A stretch of DNA of 64,000 nt from Mobula hypostoma (lineage: Eukaryota), in assembly GCF_963921235.1 (NCBI RefSeq), contig NC_086097.1, positions 136,402,001 to 136,466,000 on the forward strand. Direction: 5' to 3'. This document shows, piece after piece, positions 23,101 to 36,386 of the stretch; the stretch's first letter is position 1; each line of letters starts with the position of its first letter. The position numbers and the translations under genes were made by a program. The notes beneath the pieces were generated by a model. That model was not told the DNA's origin. It did not search any database and worked only from the letters and a program-made list of their open reading frames with translations.

Positions 23101-24129
23101 TTCTGACTGACAGGGTGCAGCAAGTGAGACTGGGGAGCATCGTTTCTAGCACCCGGACAATCAGTACCGGTGCCCCCCAGGGATGTGTGCTCTCCCCACT
23201 GCTCTTCTCCCTTTACACTAATGACTGCACCTCACAGGATCCATCTGTTAAACTCCTGAAGTTTGCAGACGACACTGTCATGGGCCTTATCCGAGACGGT
23301 GATGAGTCTGCATACAGATGGGTGGTGGAACGGCTGGCCCTCTGGTGTGGTCAGAACAATCTAGAGCTAAGTATGCTCAAGACTGTGGAGATGACAGTGG
23401 ACTTCAGGAGGAGCCCCCCAGTACTCCCCCCACTCACTATACTCAACAGTATTGTGTCTGCTGTGGAGACCTTCAGGTTTCTGGGTGTCACAATCTCCCA
23501 GGACCTGAAGTGAACACCCAACGCGGACACTCTTATCAAAAAGGCTCAACAGAGGTTGTATTTCCTACGTCAACTCAGGAAGTACAACCTGCCTCAGGAG
23601 CTGCTGATTCAATTCTATTCAGGAATAATCCAGTATGTTCTCTGTTCGTCCATCACTGTCTGGTTTGGATCAGCTACCAAACAAGACAAGAATAGACTCC
23701 AAAGAACCGTCAGGGCTGCAGAAAGGATTATTGGTGTGAAGCTGCCCTCGATCCAGGACTTATATGCATCTAGAGTCAGGAAGCGAGCAAGCAGCATCAT
23801 TGTAGACCCATCACACCCTGGACATCACCTGATCTAACTCCTTCCTTCTGGTAGGCGCTTTAGATCACTGCATGCCAGGACAAATAGGTACAAGAACAGT
23901 TTCTTTCCGTACGTTATCAGTCTTATGAACACTTGAATTTTAGTCTATTATAAACCAAGTCCACCTGTACATACAAAGGTATACTTCATTGTATATAGTT
24001 CATGATTATTTGCACTATTGTTTTGTTTGCTTTTTGATTCTGTACAGCGAGAGCTCAGGGAAATCGGCATCAAATTCCCTGTATGTGTCCACATACTTCG
24101 CGATAATAAAGGACTCTGATTCTGATTCT
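23101..24129 (+). mobile_element. Rex1/Babar-clade LINE, 5'-truncated RT to tail, relatively young
   Basis: STGAPQGCVLSPLLFSLYTNDC..KLLKFADDT..KTVEMTVDFRR..YFLRQLRK..DPSHPGH; (ATTCTG)n tail; possible TSD TCTAATTC at 23096-23103 and 24127-24134. Confidence 0.92.
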
Positions 24130-25082
24130 AATTCCATTATAAAATTCCCTCCACCACCCTTTTAGGAATCACATCCCAGATCTTCCATCACCCAGGACAT
24201 ACCCTCTCCTCATTGTTACCATCAGGTAGGACATACAGAAGCCTGAAGCCAAACACTCAGCGATACAGGAACAGCTCCTTCCCCTCTGCCATCCGATTCC
24301 TGAATTAACATTGAACCCTTGAAAACTACCTCTCCTTTTGTTCCAATTATTTCTGTTTTTGCACTATTTTTAATTTAACTATTTAATATACATATATACA
24401 CTTACCATAATTGCTTTATTTATTTATTGTTCTATATTCTCATGTATGGCATTGTCCTGCTGCCGCTAAGTTAACAAATTTCGTGACTTATGCCGGTGAT
24501 ATCACGCCTGATTCTGATTTTAGTCTCAGCAATTTATCACATCAAAGCTAATCATTTGCTCAGCCAATAATGATCATTAGAAATTGGTTTATTATTGTTG
24601 TATATATCAATGTACAGTGAAAAACTTTGTTTTGTATTTTGTCCATAAAAATCACATTGGTACATAGAGTTGGTACAAGGGAAAAGCAATAACAGAATGC
24701 AGAATAGAGTGTTACAGTTACAGAGAAAGTGCAATGCAGGCAAACAATAAGATGCAGGGTCATAATGAGGTAGATTGCAAGGTCAAGAGTCCATCTTATC
24801 ACACAAGAGGTTCATTCATTGGTCTTATAACAGCTGGATAGAAACAATCCTTGAGAAGCTGTCTCGGAACTAAGTCCTTGACCAGAAGCCTTCTCTTTCC
24901 ATACTTGCCGCCTGACCAGTTGACCACCACCATCTGTTTCCATTTAAGCGATACAGCTGGAAGCATTGTGCACACACAAGAGATTCTGCAGATGCTGGAA
25001 CTCTTTAGCAACACATAGAAAATGCTGGACAAAAATCAGCAAGTCAGGCAGCATCTAGGAAGGGGAATAAATAGGCATCTAG

Positions 25083-25760
25083 GGAGGAGGAGAAGATGGC
25101 GGCGCAACGCAGCGTGCGCGACCACTTCGGTGGTGATGTCTGTTATTTGTCAAGTAGGGTACCGTGCACAATTCTGATTTAATGGAGACAGACGTGAGAG
25201 TACGGAGGAACATCTGGAGAAACTTCTGAAATGCCCGCTTCGCTGCCGCTGTTACTGTGTGGTCCGGAATCTCCGGAGGGGAAGGCCCCGATATCCTCGG
25301 CTTTGCTTGTTTCGGCGGCCGGGCAGGTCGACGGCGTTCGGCAGAGGATGGTGCTCGGGAGGCTGTATCGGAGGGGCTGGTCAGAGGCTCGAAGTTTTCG
25401 GATGGACAGACTCACTGTCGGCTGTGATCGGGTGCTTCCAATGCATTAGCAGTTGTCGGTGCCTGGAGGTTTATGGCAGGGAGTTTCTCCCTTCGCCGCC
25501 TGCTATCGGGGACTTGGGAGTTGATCGACTCGGGACTTTGAGATTTTTTTTTACCGTGCCCATGATCTGTTCTTTATCAAATTATGATATTGTTTTGCAC
25601 TGCTGTAACTATATGTTATAATTATGTGGTTCTGTCAGTGTTAGTCTTTGGTTTGTCCTGTTTTTCTGTGATATTACTCCAGAGAAACATTGTATCATTT
25701 CTTAATGCACACATGCATCTCTAAATGATAATAAACGAGGACCGAGTGTTCTCAGAATCT
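25083..25760 (+). mobile_element. Non-coding retroposon, copy 2, inserted in a minus-strand Penelope-derived repeat (~24970-25990)
   Basis: Starts GGAGGAGAAGATGGCGGCG, ends AATAAACGAGGACCGAGTGTTCTCAGAATCT; host sequence TAAATAG present on both sides. Confidence 0.87.
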
Positions 25761-26067
25761 AAATAGTTGGCATTTCGTATGAAGACCCTTCATTAGGACT
25801 GGAAAGGAAGGGAGCAGAAGCCAAAATAAGAAGGTGGAGAGAGTGGAAGGAGTACAAGGTGGCAGGTGATAGATAAAACCAGATGAGGGGTGGGAGGAAG
25901 GTAGATGGATGGGGGAAAGGAGATGGTGAGAAGCTGGGTGGTGATAGGTGGAAGTTGTAAAGGGCCAAAGAAAAGGAAGTCTCTGAAATAGTATCTGAAG
26001 TGAGATTTGAACCTGCGGACACCTGACTCAGAGCCACTACTGAGCCACAGCTGAAACAGAACATTTG

Positions 26068-26387
26068 GCCCAGTGGCACAGCAGGTAGAGCTGCTGTCTC
26101 ACAGCTCCATCACCCTGGCTCAATCCTGAACTCTGGGGCTGTCCGCGTGGAGTGTGCACAATCTCCCTGTGACCATTTGTGTTTTCTCCTAGTGCTCCAT
26201 TTGCCCCTACATCCCAAAGAAAGCACAGACTGGTGAGTTAATTGTCCTCTGTAAATTGCCCCCAATGTGAGGGTAAGCAGTAGAATCTGGGCGGGGGGAG
26301 GTGATGGGAGCCTGGGGAGAATAACAATGGACAGTGTAAACAGATACTAGTTGGTCAACACAGACTCGATGGGCCGAAGGGCTTGTT
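26068..26387 (+). mobile_element. HE1/V-SINE-like tRNA SINE; its CR1-type tail is interrupted by the LTR element and resumes at 32030
   Basis: GTGGCACAGCAGGTAGAGCTGCTG head, V-like domain, GATGGGCCGAAGGGC then CTGTTTCCACGCAGTACAATACTATG after the 3' LTR. Confidence 0.8.
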
Positions 26388-26811
26388 TGTCACAACCACA
26401 GATTCGGCAGCGCAGTAGATACGGCAATTGCGTTTGTGAATATGCACGTGTCAGCTAATTATTATTTAATCATGATAGTATTTAACTCCATACTTGTCAT
26501 CGTGCTTGTCAAGACTTGAACAGAGCACAGCAGCGCTTCGCTGCCTGTTTGCATTCGGCCTTCACTGAGAAATTGGACTGTCAAGTCAACTGACTCTGAA
26601 GACTAGCGGTATTCACTTAATGTTTAGATGTTCTTTTCAGCCACAGTGTAGGCTTCATTTTCCATTTGAGAATTTTAATTAACAGCCCTGTTTGGCCTAG
26701 CATTCATTGTTTTACTTTCTCTTTAACACTACTCGCATTAAAGTCTGTGAACTATCGACCTGCTTCAGTTTTTCTCACTCCGCACTTGGGCCATATCCGA
26801 ACCCGTTAACA
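26388..26811 (+). repeat. 5' LTR of the chromovirus-like element
   Basis: TGTCACAACCAC...CCGTTAACA; aligns along its length with 31625-32029. Confidence 0.95.
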
Positions 26812-26957
26812 GCAAGTCTTGAACACACAAAGATAGACCCAGCAGAAGAGAGAGAGATCAGCTGAACTTGGCTGTGAGATTCATTGGTCAGGTATGAGAC
26901 AAGCTACAGGCAATGGAATCTGTTAAGGAAGCAATGTGGCAGATAACCTCATGCCGA

Positions 26958-27602
26958 TGTAAGGATCTTTGCCCCACTGACCCCTTGTTGCCCAGGGTGA
27001 ATAGCCGTCAACCCCGCCAAACAATGCAATTGCTTTGGTGTGGATAAGGTGTGAGTCACCCAATGATCAGCCACGATACAAATATGAAACAATATACAAA
27101 ATGTGAGTAAAGAATTATACTTCATAGCAAATTTTTGGTGATGGGTTAGTAGAAAACAACTACAAGAAAAGGCGCCACATAAGTAACTTATCAGTCTTGT
27201 GCACATAATATTTTAATACGTTGGAGCTCACGCCTCCGATTCCATCCACAACGTCCTTCCGAGACTCCGGCCACCCTCCGAACGCCCAAGGTCCGGTGTC
27301 CGCCGCCCTGGAACCGCTGTCTGTTCCTCACACATCCGTCCTCTCTGCTTGCTTCCTGAAAAAGCCCCCGTTCCTCAACTCAGCACACATATACAAGATA
27401 ACAGAACATGACTTCCATTGGCTAACAAATGAATACAATTTCCATTACCTCCCTGTATAACCCGAAGATTGCAGTTACAGAGAACCCCTTGCTCAGCAGT
27501 TAACATTACAAGAAGCCATTTTAATATAACACTTCAGAGAAGCCATTTTGGCAATAAGCGATCAACAGTTAACAGTCCATCTAGTATACTGAGAGTCCTA
27601 CA
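26958..27602 (-). repeat. 3' LTR of the nested minus-strand Gypsy element
   Basis: Read on the minus strand it starts TGTAGG at 27602 directly after the polypurine tract GGTGAGGGGAGGA and ends CCTTACA at 26958; no second copy in the window. Confidence 0.8.
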
Positions 27603-27623
27603 TCCTCCCCTCACCGAAATAAG

Positions 27624-30600
27624 TCATGCCCCCATGACGCTCAGATAATTCGCCATCCCTTCCTGCAGAACACACAGCCCAATCCACATGCAGAAAGCAG
27701 TGATCTGACTCCCCAACACAGTGGAGACCACACCTTGTTCCCCGGGTGCTATGTAGGTCAACCTTTCTGGGGGTTTCTGACTCCTCTGAGGCCTACGTAC
27801 CCCCTCGTCTACCCCTTCTGCCTCGGATACTACAGGGGACCCTTTGAAACTACAAGGCAAATCCTCCCCTGAGCAGTCACCCAAGCCCCTCTGCACCTCG
27901 GAACCCTCTATCTCTGGTCCAGGCCCTACATCCTCTCCTCCAGCGCCCCGCTGTGCCACGGACTGCCCCTCACTAGTCCCTTCTAACCCAGTGGGGGAAA
28001 GGCCAGGAGTCTCTTCCTCCATCCCGGGAGCATCAGCGAACGGCAGAATGTACCAACCATCCCAGTCATCATCTTCTGAATCAGTATCCCTCACAGGGGC
28101 TGGGCCCGGGCCCGTCTCTCCCGGGGTAGGCACGTCCTCCACCCTGCGGGGACGCAGAGTCCTGGCACAGGGTGCAGCCACCTCTTCGGGCTCCTGCTCT
28201 ACTTGCAGATCTTGCCCCAGGGGCAACAGGTGATTCCGATGAAGAATCTTGACAGGCCCCTTTCCATCCCAAGGCCGTACCTGGAAAACCGGCAGGTTTG
28301 GCATCTGACTCTCCACCACATAGGGCGTGGCTGCCCGGCGATCAGCCAGCTTTTGTTTTCCCGGTAATACCAGATGCCTAATGAGGACTCGGTCTCCCAG
28401 CAGGAGTTGAGAGAACTTTACTTTCCAGTTGTACCTCCTCTTATTTCCCTGATTCTACTGGATGGCAGCCTCCCTGGCCAACTCGTAAGCTCTTTTCAGT
28501 TCTTGCCTCATATCAGACACATACTTCAAGTAAGGCTTTGGTGACACCTCACCCGCATCAGTCCTGAAACTAAGGTCAATAGACAACCTGGCCTCGCGCC
28601 CAAATATAAGATAATAGGGCGAGTAACCAGTAGCTTCATTGCGTGTACAGTTGTAACAGTGAACAAGATGCCCAATATGTCGACTCCAACGATTCTTTTT
28701 GCTAATCTCCAGAGTCCCGAGCATGTCCATTAGTGTCCGATTGAACCTTTCTGGCTGGGGATCACCCTGCGGATGATAGGCTGCGGTCCTCGATTTCTCA
28801 ACCCCCAGCATGCCTAGCAAATCATAGATGAGTTTGCTCTCAAAGTCTCGTCCCTGGTCACTATGGATCTGCCGAGGAAGATCATAATGCACAAAATACT
28901 TCTTCCATAGCATTTTCACCACTGTAGTTGCCCTCTGATCCCTAGTAGGAAAAGCTTGAGCATACCTGGTGTAGTGGTCCGTGATGACCAAGACATTTGC
29001 CATGTTGCTGGCATCAGGTTCTATGGACAGGAAATCCACACACACCAGGTCCAAAGGCCCCGCACTCTGCAATTGGGACAAAGGGGCAGCCTGCCCGGAC
29101 AGCATCTTCCGTCATAGGCAATGAATGCAGGACTTGCAGTACTCTTCAACCTCTGTCCTCATTCGGGGCCAGTAAAACCGATCCTTGAGCAATCCATAGG
29201 TCTTTTCCACCCCCAAATGTCCAGAGTCATCATGGAGGGACTTCAACACAACCTTCCAATACTTCTCCAGCAAGACCAGCTGCCAACACCGAGGTCAGTC
29301 TGGGGGTGACGTTACCCGGTATAACATTTGATTCTTCAACCTCAATCAAAGCCATTCTTTCAGTAACAGGGAACACGGGACCGTGCTTAGCCTTCTCTGC
29401 CCGTGTCACATCCCCCTCTTCCACAGCATGCCAGACCGGACCTATGTCTGGGTCATCTCGCTGCGCAGCGGTCACTTCCCCAGGGCTTAACCCTGGCAGC
29501 TGCGTGGTCTTCAGAGCAGTCAGGTCACAGTACACTAGGGGCAGAGCATCATCCGATGCCCCCAATGAGTCCACTGCTGGATCTGGCCTCTCCTTCTCCT
29601 CAGCCTGCACGGTGATAGCAAACTGGCACATTGCCTTCACCCCGGACGCAGGAACACTCTTCCACTCCTCGTCCTTCCCCGGCTCCTCATGGCCCCATCA
29701 GGACAGAGCATCCGCGCCGACATTCCGGCTCCCCGGCCGGTACTTCAGGCTGAAATCATAGGAAGACAAAGCTGCCAGCCACCGATGGCCTGTGGCATCC
29801 AGTTTTGCTGAGGTCGATATGTAAGCGAATGGGTTGTTGTCGATCCGCACCTCAAACTTGGCCCTGTAGAGATAGTCACTCAGCTTATCCACCACCGCCC
29901 ATTTCAATGCCAGGAACTCCAACTTGTGAGTGGGATAGTTTCTCTCTGAAGGTGACAAACTCCGGCTGACAAATGCTACAGGCCTCAGGCCAGCGCCCTG
30001 ATCCTGATGCAGAACGGCCCCTAACCCCTCATGACTGGCATCAGTGTGTAGCACATAGGGCAATCGGGGTCTGCAAAAGCCAGCACCGGCGCCTGAGTCA
30101 ACATCTCCTTCAGTGACTGGAAAGCCGCTTCACTTTTGTCATCCCATCTCTGTCCGGATGGCTCTGATGGGTTCAAATATTCTCCCACCTCCCGTCCTTT
30201 CCTCACTATCCCCCTCTGCCCCAGGGGAGGGTAGCCACACAGAAGCTGGTTCAAGGGATGATTCACCTTGGTATAGCCCTTCATGAATCTCCGATAGTAC
30301 CCACAGAACCCTAGGAACGAGCGCAGAGCACTTACGGTCTGGGGCCTCAGCCAGGCGGTCATTGCTTCGATCTTAGCCGGATCGGTTGCTACACCATTCC
30401 ACGAGACAATGTGTCCAACATAACTAACAGATGTCTGGCAGAACTGGCACTTGTCCAGGGAAAGCTTCAACCCTTCCAGCTTCAGCTGGGTGAGCACCTT
30501 CATTAGCCTCGCTTCGTGTTCTTCCAAGGTGGATCCAAATACTATGAAATCATCCAAATATACCAACACTTCGAGTAGGTTCATATCCCCCACTGTCTTC

Positions 30601-31286
30601 TCCATGACCCTCTGGAAGGTGGCAGGGGCCCCCGATATGCCCTGGGGCATCCCTTCGAACTGGTAAAAGCCCAAAGGTCAAATGAAGGCCGACTTCTCCT
30701 TATTGGCCTCACTCATCGGGATCTGGTAATACCCACTCCTCAAATCCAGCACACTAAACCACTTCGCCCCACTCAGACAGGCCAGCGCATCTTCCACCTG
30801 GGGGACCGTGTACTGATCAGGGACCATGCGCCTGTTCAATGTTCTATAGTCCACACACATACGAACATTCCCATTCTTCTTCCGGGCCACTATGATAGGA
30901 GACGCATACGGACTTCGGGGCTCCGTGATGATCCCGGCCTCCTTCAACTTGCCCAAATGCTGTCGCATGTCTTCCACATCTGCAGAGGCCAGTCGCCGTG
31001 ATGGTTCTCTAAACGGAGTATCCTCAGTCACCCGTATGGTGTGGCAAGTGCTCCTGGAACAACCCACATCAAATTCATCAAGGGAAAAAACATCTGTCAT
31101 CGTCAACATCTTCTTCACCAGCCTCCGCTTCCAACCCTCTGGTACAGGTGATGCCCCCAAAGTTAAAAAGCTTCAGCAGTCAACTTGGGCCTTTTTCCCG
31201 TCTGTTCTTCCCCAACTGGCCTCACGGGGGCGCTATGCATCACCGTCACTGGGAACAAATGCGCCACAGGCATTCCTCGCTTAAAG
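27624..31286 (-). pseudogene. Gypsy pol pseudogene (RT, RNase H, integrase), frameshifted and 5'-truncated
   Basis: SPYASPIIVARKKNG.VRMCVDYRTLN, LDLRSGYYQI, MPQGISGAPATFQR, VYLDD (RT); LHTDASHEGLGAVL..ERNYPTHKLEFLALKWAV (RNase H); VDFL..ITDHYTRY..IHSDQGRDFES..AYHPQGDPQPERFNRTL (integrase). Confidence 0.95.
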
Positions 31287-31624
31287 GTGTCCTATAGATT
31301 GCATCTACCAGCATCACTGAAGATCCACCCAGTATTCCATGTTTCCCAGCTCAAGCCGATTACTACCTCTCCCCTTGCTCCAGTCACCCCACCTCCCCCT
31401 TCTCCCCACCTGGTAGATGGTTCCCTTGTCTATACTGTGCGGTGCCTCCTGGCATCTCGCCGGGTACGTGATAAGGTCCAATACCTTGTAGACTGGGAGG
31501 GGTATGGCCCAGAAGAACGTACTTGGATCCCAGCGAAGGACATCTTGGACAAGTCACTGATCCAGGACTTCCAGCGGACACAGGTCTGTGGCACCTCAGG
31601 GGCTGCGCTTAGAGAGGGAGGCCC
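31287..31624 (+). pseudogene. Integrase C-terminus (end of GPY/F module) plus chromodomain, remnant
   Basis: VSYRLHLPASLKIHPVFHVSQLKP..PPPP..YTVRCLLASRRVRDKVQYLVDWEGYGPEERTWIPAKDILDKSLIQDF. Confidence 0.92.
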
Positions 31625-32029
31625 TGTCACAACCACGGATTCGGCAGCGCAGTAGATATGGCAATTGCACTTATTATTATTTAATCGTGATAGTATTTAA
31701 CTCCATTCTTGTCATCGTTGTGCTTGTTGAGACTTGGACAGAGCACAGCAACGCTTCGCTGCCTGTTTGCATTCGGCCTTCACTGAGAAATTGGACTGTC
31801 GAGTCAACTGACTCTGAAGACCAGCAGTACTTGTTTAATATTTAGATGTTCTTTTCAGCCGCAGTGTAGGCTTCGTTTTCCATTTGAGCGTTTTAATTAA
31901 CGGCCCTGTTTGGCCTAGCGTTTATTGTTTTACTTTCCCTTTAACACTGTTCGCATTAAGGTCTGTGAACGATCGACCTGCTTCAGTGTCTCTCACTCCG
32001 CACTTGGGCCATATCCCAACCTGGTAACA
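31625..32029 (+). repeat. 3' LTR of the chromovirus-like element
   Basis: TGTCACAACCAC...CTGGTAACA; scattered substitutions and a ~20-25 bp deletion relative to the 5' LTR. Confidence 0.95.
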
Positions 32030-32673
32030 CTGTTTCCACGCAGTACAATACTATGGCCCAATGGCTTAAGGGGAGAAGTGGAGAAGAGGAGGAATCCTTG
32101 TGTAGAGAATGGGAACACACTGCCTGAAGAGACTATGCAAATACATTCCATTGATGTTTCCCAAGGCATCTGGGTGTACACGTGAAGGTGAAATGTTGCC
32201 AGGGCTGTGGGAAAAGAGGAGGGGAATGGGACGGCATCAGAAAAGCAACGATACCTACAGAAAGGGCAAAATCTGAATACAAGAAATAAAGCAGGAACAG
32301 GCCACCCAACTCTGATATTCAATAAGTTTTGGCTCATTTTTCCCTCAGCATAAACTTCCTGCACTAACCCTATTTCCCCGGAGGATCCAGACAACTATCA
32401 GTCTACCAGTGTGAATATACTCAATGACTGTCTGCTAAGATCTTTCGGCTACAGAATTTTAAAGATTCACATTCCACTGGGAAAGACATTTCATCTCCCT
32501 ACTGTGCTAATTGGCTGACACTTTACTTTGAGACTGTGACCCCTGGTACTGGACATTCCAGCTGAAGTTAGCACCTATAACATCAGGCCTGTCAGGATTT
32601 CCTTGAATGTACATTTGTGGGGACAATACTATCACCTTGGTTCCTAGTAATCTTTGCAAACAGTAAGTAAGGC

Positions 32674-33290
32674 AGGAGGAGAAGATGGCAGCACGCCACG
32701 CGTGCACAGCTCTCCAGTGAAAAATAATGTTGTATCTGTTAAATAGGGGCCGTGGACAATTTCTCATTTGATGCAGATAGACGTGAAAGCACAGAGGAAC
32801 ATTTGGAGAAATTTCTGAAACGCCCATCCGCTGCTGTCGTTACTGTGTGGTCGGGAATCTTTCGGAGGGTAGGCCTCAAAATCCCCGGCCTTGCCTGCTT
32901 TTGGCGACCGAGAAAGAGGTCCAATCGCTCGGACAGAGATGGCGCTCAGTACTCGGTGTCGGACAGCTGATCAGAGCTCAAAGTTTTCGGATGACTCAGA
33001 TTCGGTTTGTGGTCGGCATGGCAGGGAGAGTTTTTCTTCCTTCTCCCGTCTGCATGAGATGTGGGACATTTGAGAAACTTTGAACTTTACTGTGCTCATG
33101 AACTTCTTCATCAAGTTATGGTATTGTGCACTGTTGTAACTATATGTATAATTATGTGGTTTTGTCAGTTTTTTCAGTCTTGGTTTGTCCTGTGTTTTTG
33201 TGATATCACACCGGAGGAAATATTGTATCATTTCTTAATGCATGCATTACTAAATGACAATAAAAGGGACTACGTGTCTTCATAATCTAA
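32674..33290 (+). mobile_element. Non-coding retroposon, copy 3
   Basis: GGAGGAGAAGATGGCAGC...AATGACAATAAAAGGGACTACGTGTCTTCATAATCTAA. Confidence 0.87.
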
Positions 33291-34699
33291 CCAGGAACAT
33301 AAGCACAGGGCTGGAATTTTAACTAGGTATCTTTTAGAATTGTAAGCGCATTGTAAGGAATTTCTCAGTACTACCAATGAAACTTCTCAGTCCCACCCCG
33401 GACATTCTCTCTTCTCCCCTCTTGCATCGGACAGAAGACACAAAAGCCTGGAAGGACATAGCATAAGGCTCAGGGGAAGCTTCTGCCCTGCTATTATAAG
33501 ACAACTAAATGGTTCTTAGTATGATAAGATGGACTCTTGACCTCACAATCTACCTTGTTATGGCATTGCACCTGATTGTCTGCTTGCTATTGCTGTTACA
33601 TTTCACTCTTCATTCCGTTATTGTTTTACCTTGATGCCTTGTGCAGTGATTTGATCTGTACAGAGAGTATGCAAGACAAGCTTTTCACTGTATCTCAGTA
33701 CATGTGACAATAATAAACCAATTACAACAATGAGACAGACATTCTCAGTCTTCATCATTCCAACTGAACCTCTCTCAACTTTAATTGTTTTCTGTAGCCC
33801 TTATTTTGAAATGAGCAGATATCTAAATGCAAATCACGGCTTTTCTCCAAACAAGGTCCCAATCTGCATGCTCAAATATCTTTTATCTCATAAATGGTTG
33901 CTTCTACAAGCAGGTCCTTTTGACAAGTTGCCTGAACTCTTCCTGGGATGGAACTTTTCTCGCTTCTCTGATGATCTTCTTTCTCCGTCAGCTGGACAGG
34001 GCAGACCTCTGCTTGCAACCCACAATGAGCACAGAAGACTGCACAGAATGGGTTGAATCTTCGGAAGATTTGTTCTCTCCCTCCATTCACACTCCACCTG
34101 GCCAATCCAGTCTTCAGCCGTTCCTTGGTACAAAGCAACTGTCTACTCCAGAAGTCAAAAAAGGTGATGGAAGAAGAATGCACCCTGTGAAGGTGGAAAG
34201 ATATCTGGTAGACAACCTTAAGAGCAGCCATCAGCATAAGCACCAGGAAATGATTGTGATGGATTGTGAGACAGATATTTCTGAGGGTTAATGTTAGTCT
34301 CCTGCTCACAAAAGCCTCACGGGGACTCCCCATTGCTCGTTGCCTTTCATGTCGAAACATCTGTCTCTGAGTCTCACACTGAACATTGTCTGTTCAGTGC
34401 AAGTCTTGTGAGTTGGTGTGAGAGCATTGCCAATGCAAACATCAACATGTGTTTAATAACTAAACATCTGTCTGGAGAGTATATAAAAATCCCCAGGTTA
34501 ATCTGCATTTCTCTGTCATGGTGTGGCTGCGTGTGCTTTGTTCCAGCTGGTCCAAATGCTCCCTTGAGGAACCTCGTGAGGACAGTCCCTGCAACAGGAA
34601 GTTACCTGCGCGTTCATGGGGTAGTTGTCTCCTGCTAGTGATGTGGCTCCTTTAAATAAAACTCAAGGTTTATTTACTTATTTACAGAATGTAACTTAC

Positions 34700-35185
34700 A
34701 TAGAACGCAGAACAGTACAGCATGGGAACAGGTCCTTCGACCCATGTGCCAAATTAAACTAAATCACTCTTGTCTATACATGATCAATATCCCTATCCCT
34801 GCATACTTGTTTGTCCGCTCAGCATTACTATCATATCTGATTCTGCCAATTCCCCTGGCAGTGCATCCCGGGCATCTCTATGTGAAAACTCACCTCATAA
34901 ATCTCTTTTAAACTTTCTCCCTCTCACCTTCAGTATACTGTATGCCCTATTTCAGTATGGAAAAAGGTAGTGCTCATTCACCCTGTTTATAACCCTCATG
35001 ATTTTATAATGATCTCTGCTCATTATCCTACGCTCCAATGGGTAAAGTCCTAGCCTGCTCAACGTATCTCTACAAACTGATCCCCTGAGCCTCAGCAACA
35101 TCCTTCTAAGTCATTTTTACAAACTTTCCAGCTTAATGGCATCTTTCCTATAGCAGGCCGACCAAAATTAAACATGATATTCCAA
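34700..35185 (-). mobile_element. CR1 LINE 3' fragment
   Basis: CATAGAACGCAGAACAGTACAGCA tail on +; colinear with 2863-3420. Confidence 0.75.
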
Positions 35186-35494
35186 TTGCACCTTCTATAC
35201 TCACTATTTGTGGGATCTTGCAATGCCACAACTGCCTGTCAATTCTGCCACAGCTGCTAATGAAACAATCCTTTCCTCTTGTCTGGGCAGATGTGTGTCC
35301 CACCAGGCCGACACTTGGCTCTGCATCCGTTTTCATTGCGGGAATTCTTGCTAATTTTGGTGACCTTGAGTTTTGCTCTCACCTGCAGCAGCTGGTCACT
35401 TGACGAAGGAGGGCATTCTCTCTGGTCGCACTCTCTGCTCACAGTCCATAGCTCAGTCACAGCCTACACCCAGGTTGGGTATCCTTGCTGTAAC

Positions 35495-36386
35495 CGGCGA
35501 GGGAGAGGTGGTGCACTTGGGGAAATCAAATATAAAGCGGAAGTTTACACTGGTAACCTTTAGCAGTGTTGACCTACACAGTGATTTTGAGATTCAAGTC
35601 CATAGCTCCCTGAAAGTGGCCACCTACACTGGTAGGGTGGTAAAGAAGGAGTACGGCATGCTTGCCTCCGTTGGTCAAGGCACTCAGTTCAAGAGTAGGG
35701 AGAATATGTTGCAGATTTATAAAACTTTGGTTCGCCTATGTCAGAAGTATTTCATTCAGTTCTGGTCACCCTATTATAGGAGAGATGTGAAGGATTTGGA
35801 GGGGATGCTGAAAACTTTTACCAGGATGCTGCATGCACTAGAGGGCATGAGCTACGTTGAGGTTGGGAAAACATAAGGTTGTTTTCTCTGCAGTGGAAGA
35901 AAGACCTGATAGAAGTTTTTAAAATTAGGAGAGGCATAGATCGACACACAGTATTTTTCTCCCAGAGTCAATCGCCTAATAGTAGAGGGCATGTATTTAA
36001 GATGAGAAGGCGTAAATTGAAAGGAGATGTGCGTAGAACCTAGAACAGTATAGAACAGTACAGGCCCTTCAGTGTTGTGTGAACTGTTTAACCTACTTTG
36101 AGATTAAATCTAACACTTCCCTCCCACATAGTCTTCCATTTTTCTTTCATCCATGTACCAATCTAGGAGAACAGATGAAAGGGAAAGAGTGGTGGTTCCT
36201 GGAATGCACTGTGGGGGTGGCGATGGAGGCAGGTGCAAAAGAAGCATTTAAGAGGCTCTTAAATTAGTTCACGAATATGCAGGAAAGAAGGGATATGGGT
36301 CATGTGCAGAAGGAATTAGGTGTCATTAGCTAATTAGTTCAGAAAACATTGCAGGCTAAAGGGCCTGGTTCATGTGCTGTACTGTG
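35495..36386 (+). mobile_element. CR1 LINE 3' fragment with a short minus-strand CR1 tail inserted at ~36035-36165
   Basis: EVVHLGKSN..QVHSSLKVAT..RVVKKEYGMLA..LQIYKTLVRL..IQFWSPYYRRDV. Confidence 0.82.

Larger units (their letters stand above)
26388..32029 (+). mobile_element. Chromodomain-bearing Gypsy (chromovirus, sushi-like) LTR retrotransposon, internally deleted, with a nested antisense element
   Basis: Direct LTRs TG..CA at 26388-26811 and 31625-32029; TSD TTGTT/CTGTT; purine-rich tract AGAGAGGGAGG just before the 3' LTR; integrase tail with chromodomain. Confidence 0.93.

Noticed and set aside
27624..31160. Active retrovirus or env-bearing element
   Set aside because: Multiple frameshifts and stops. 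The acidic 231-aa ORF is the integrase C-terminal extension, with no signal peptide or env features.
31185..31655. Host chromodomain gene
   Set aside because: It follows the retrotransposon integrase IHPVFHVSQLKP motif and runs into a polypurine tract and LTR. Its N-terminus is antisense Gypsy sequence.
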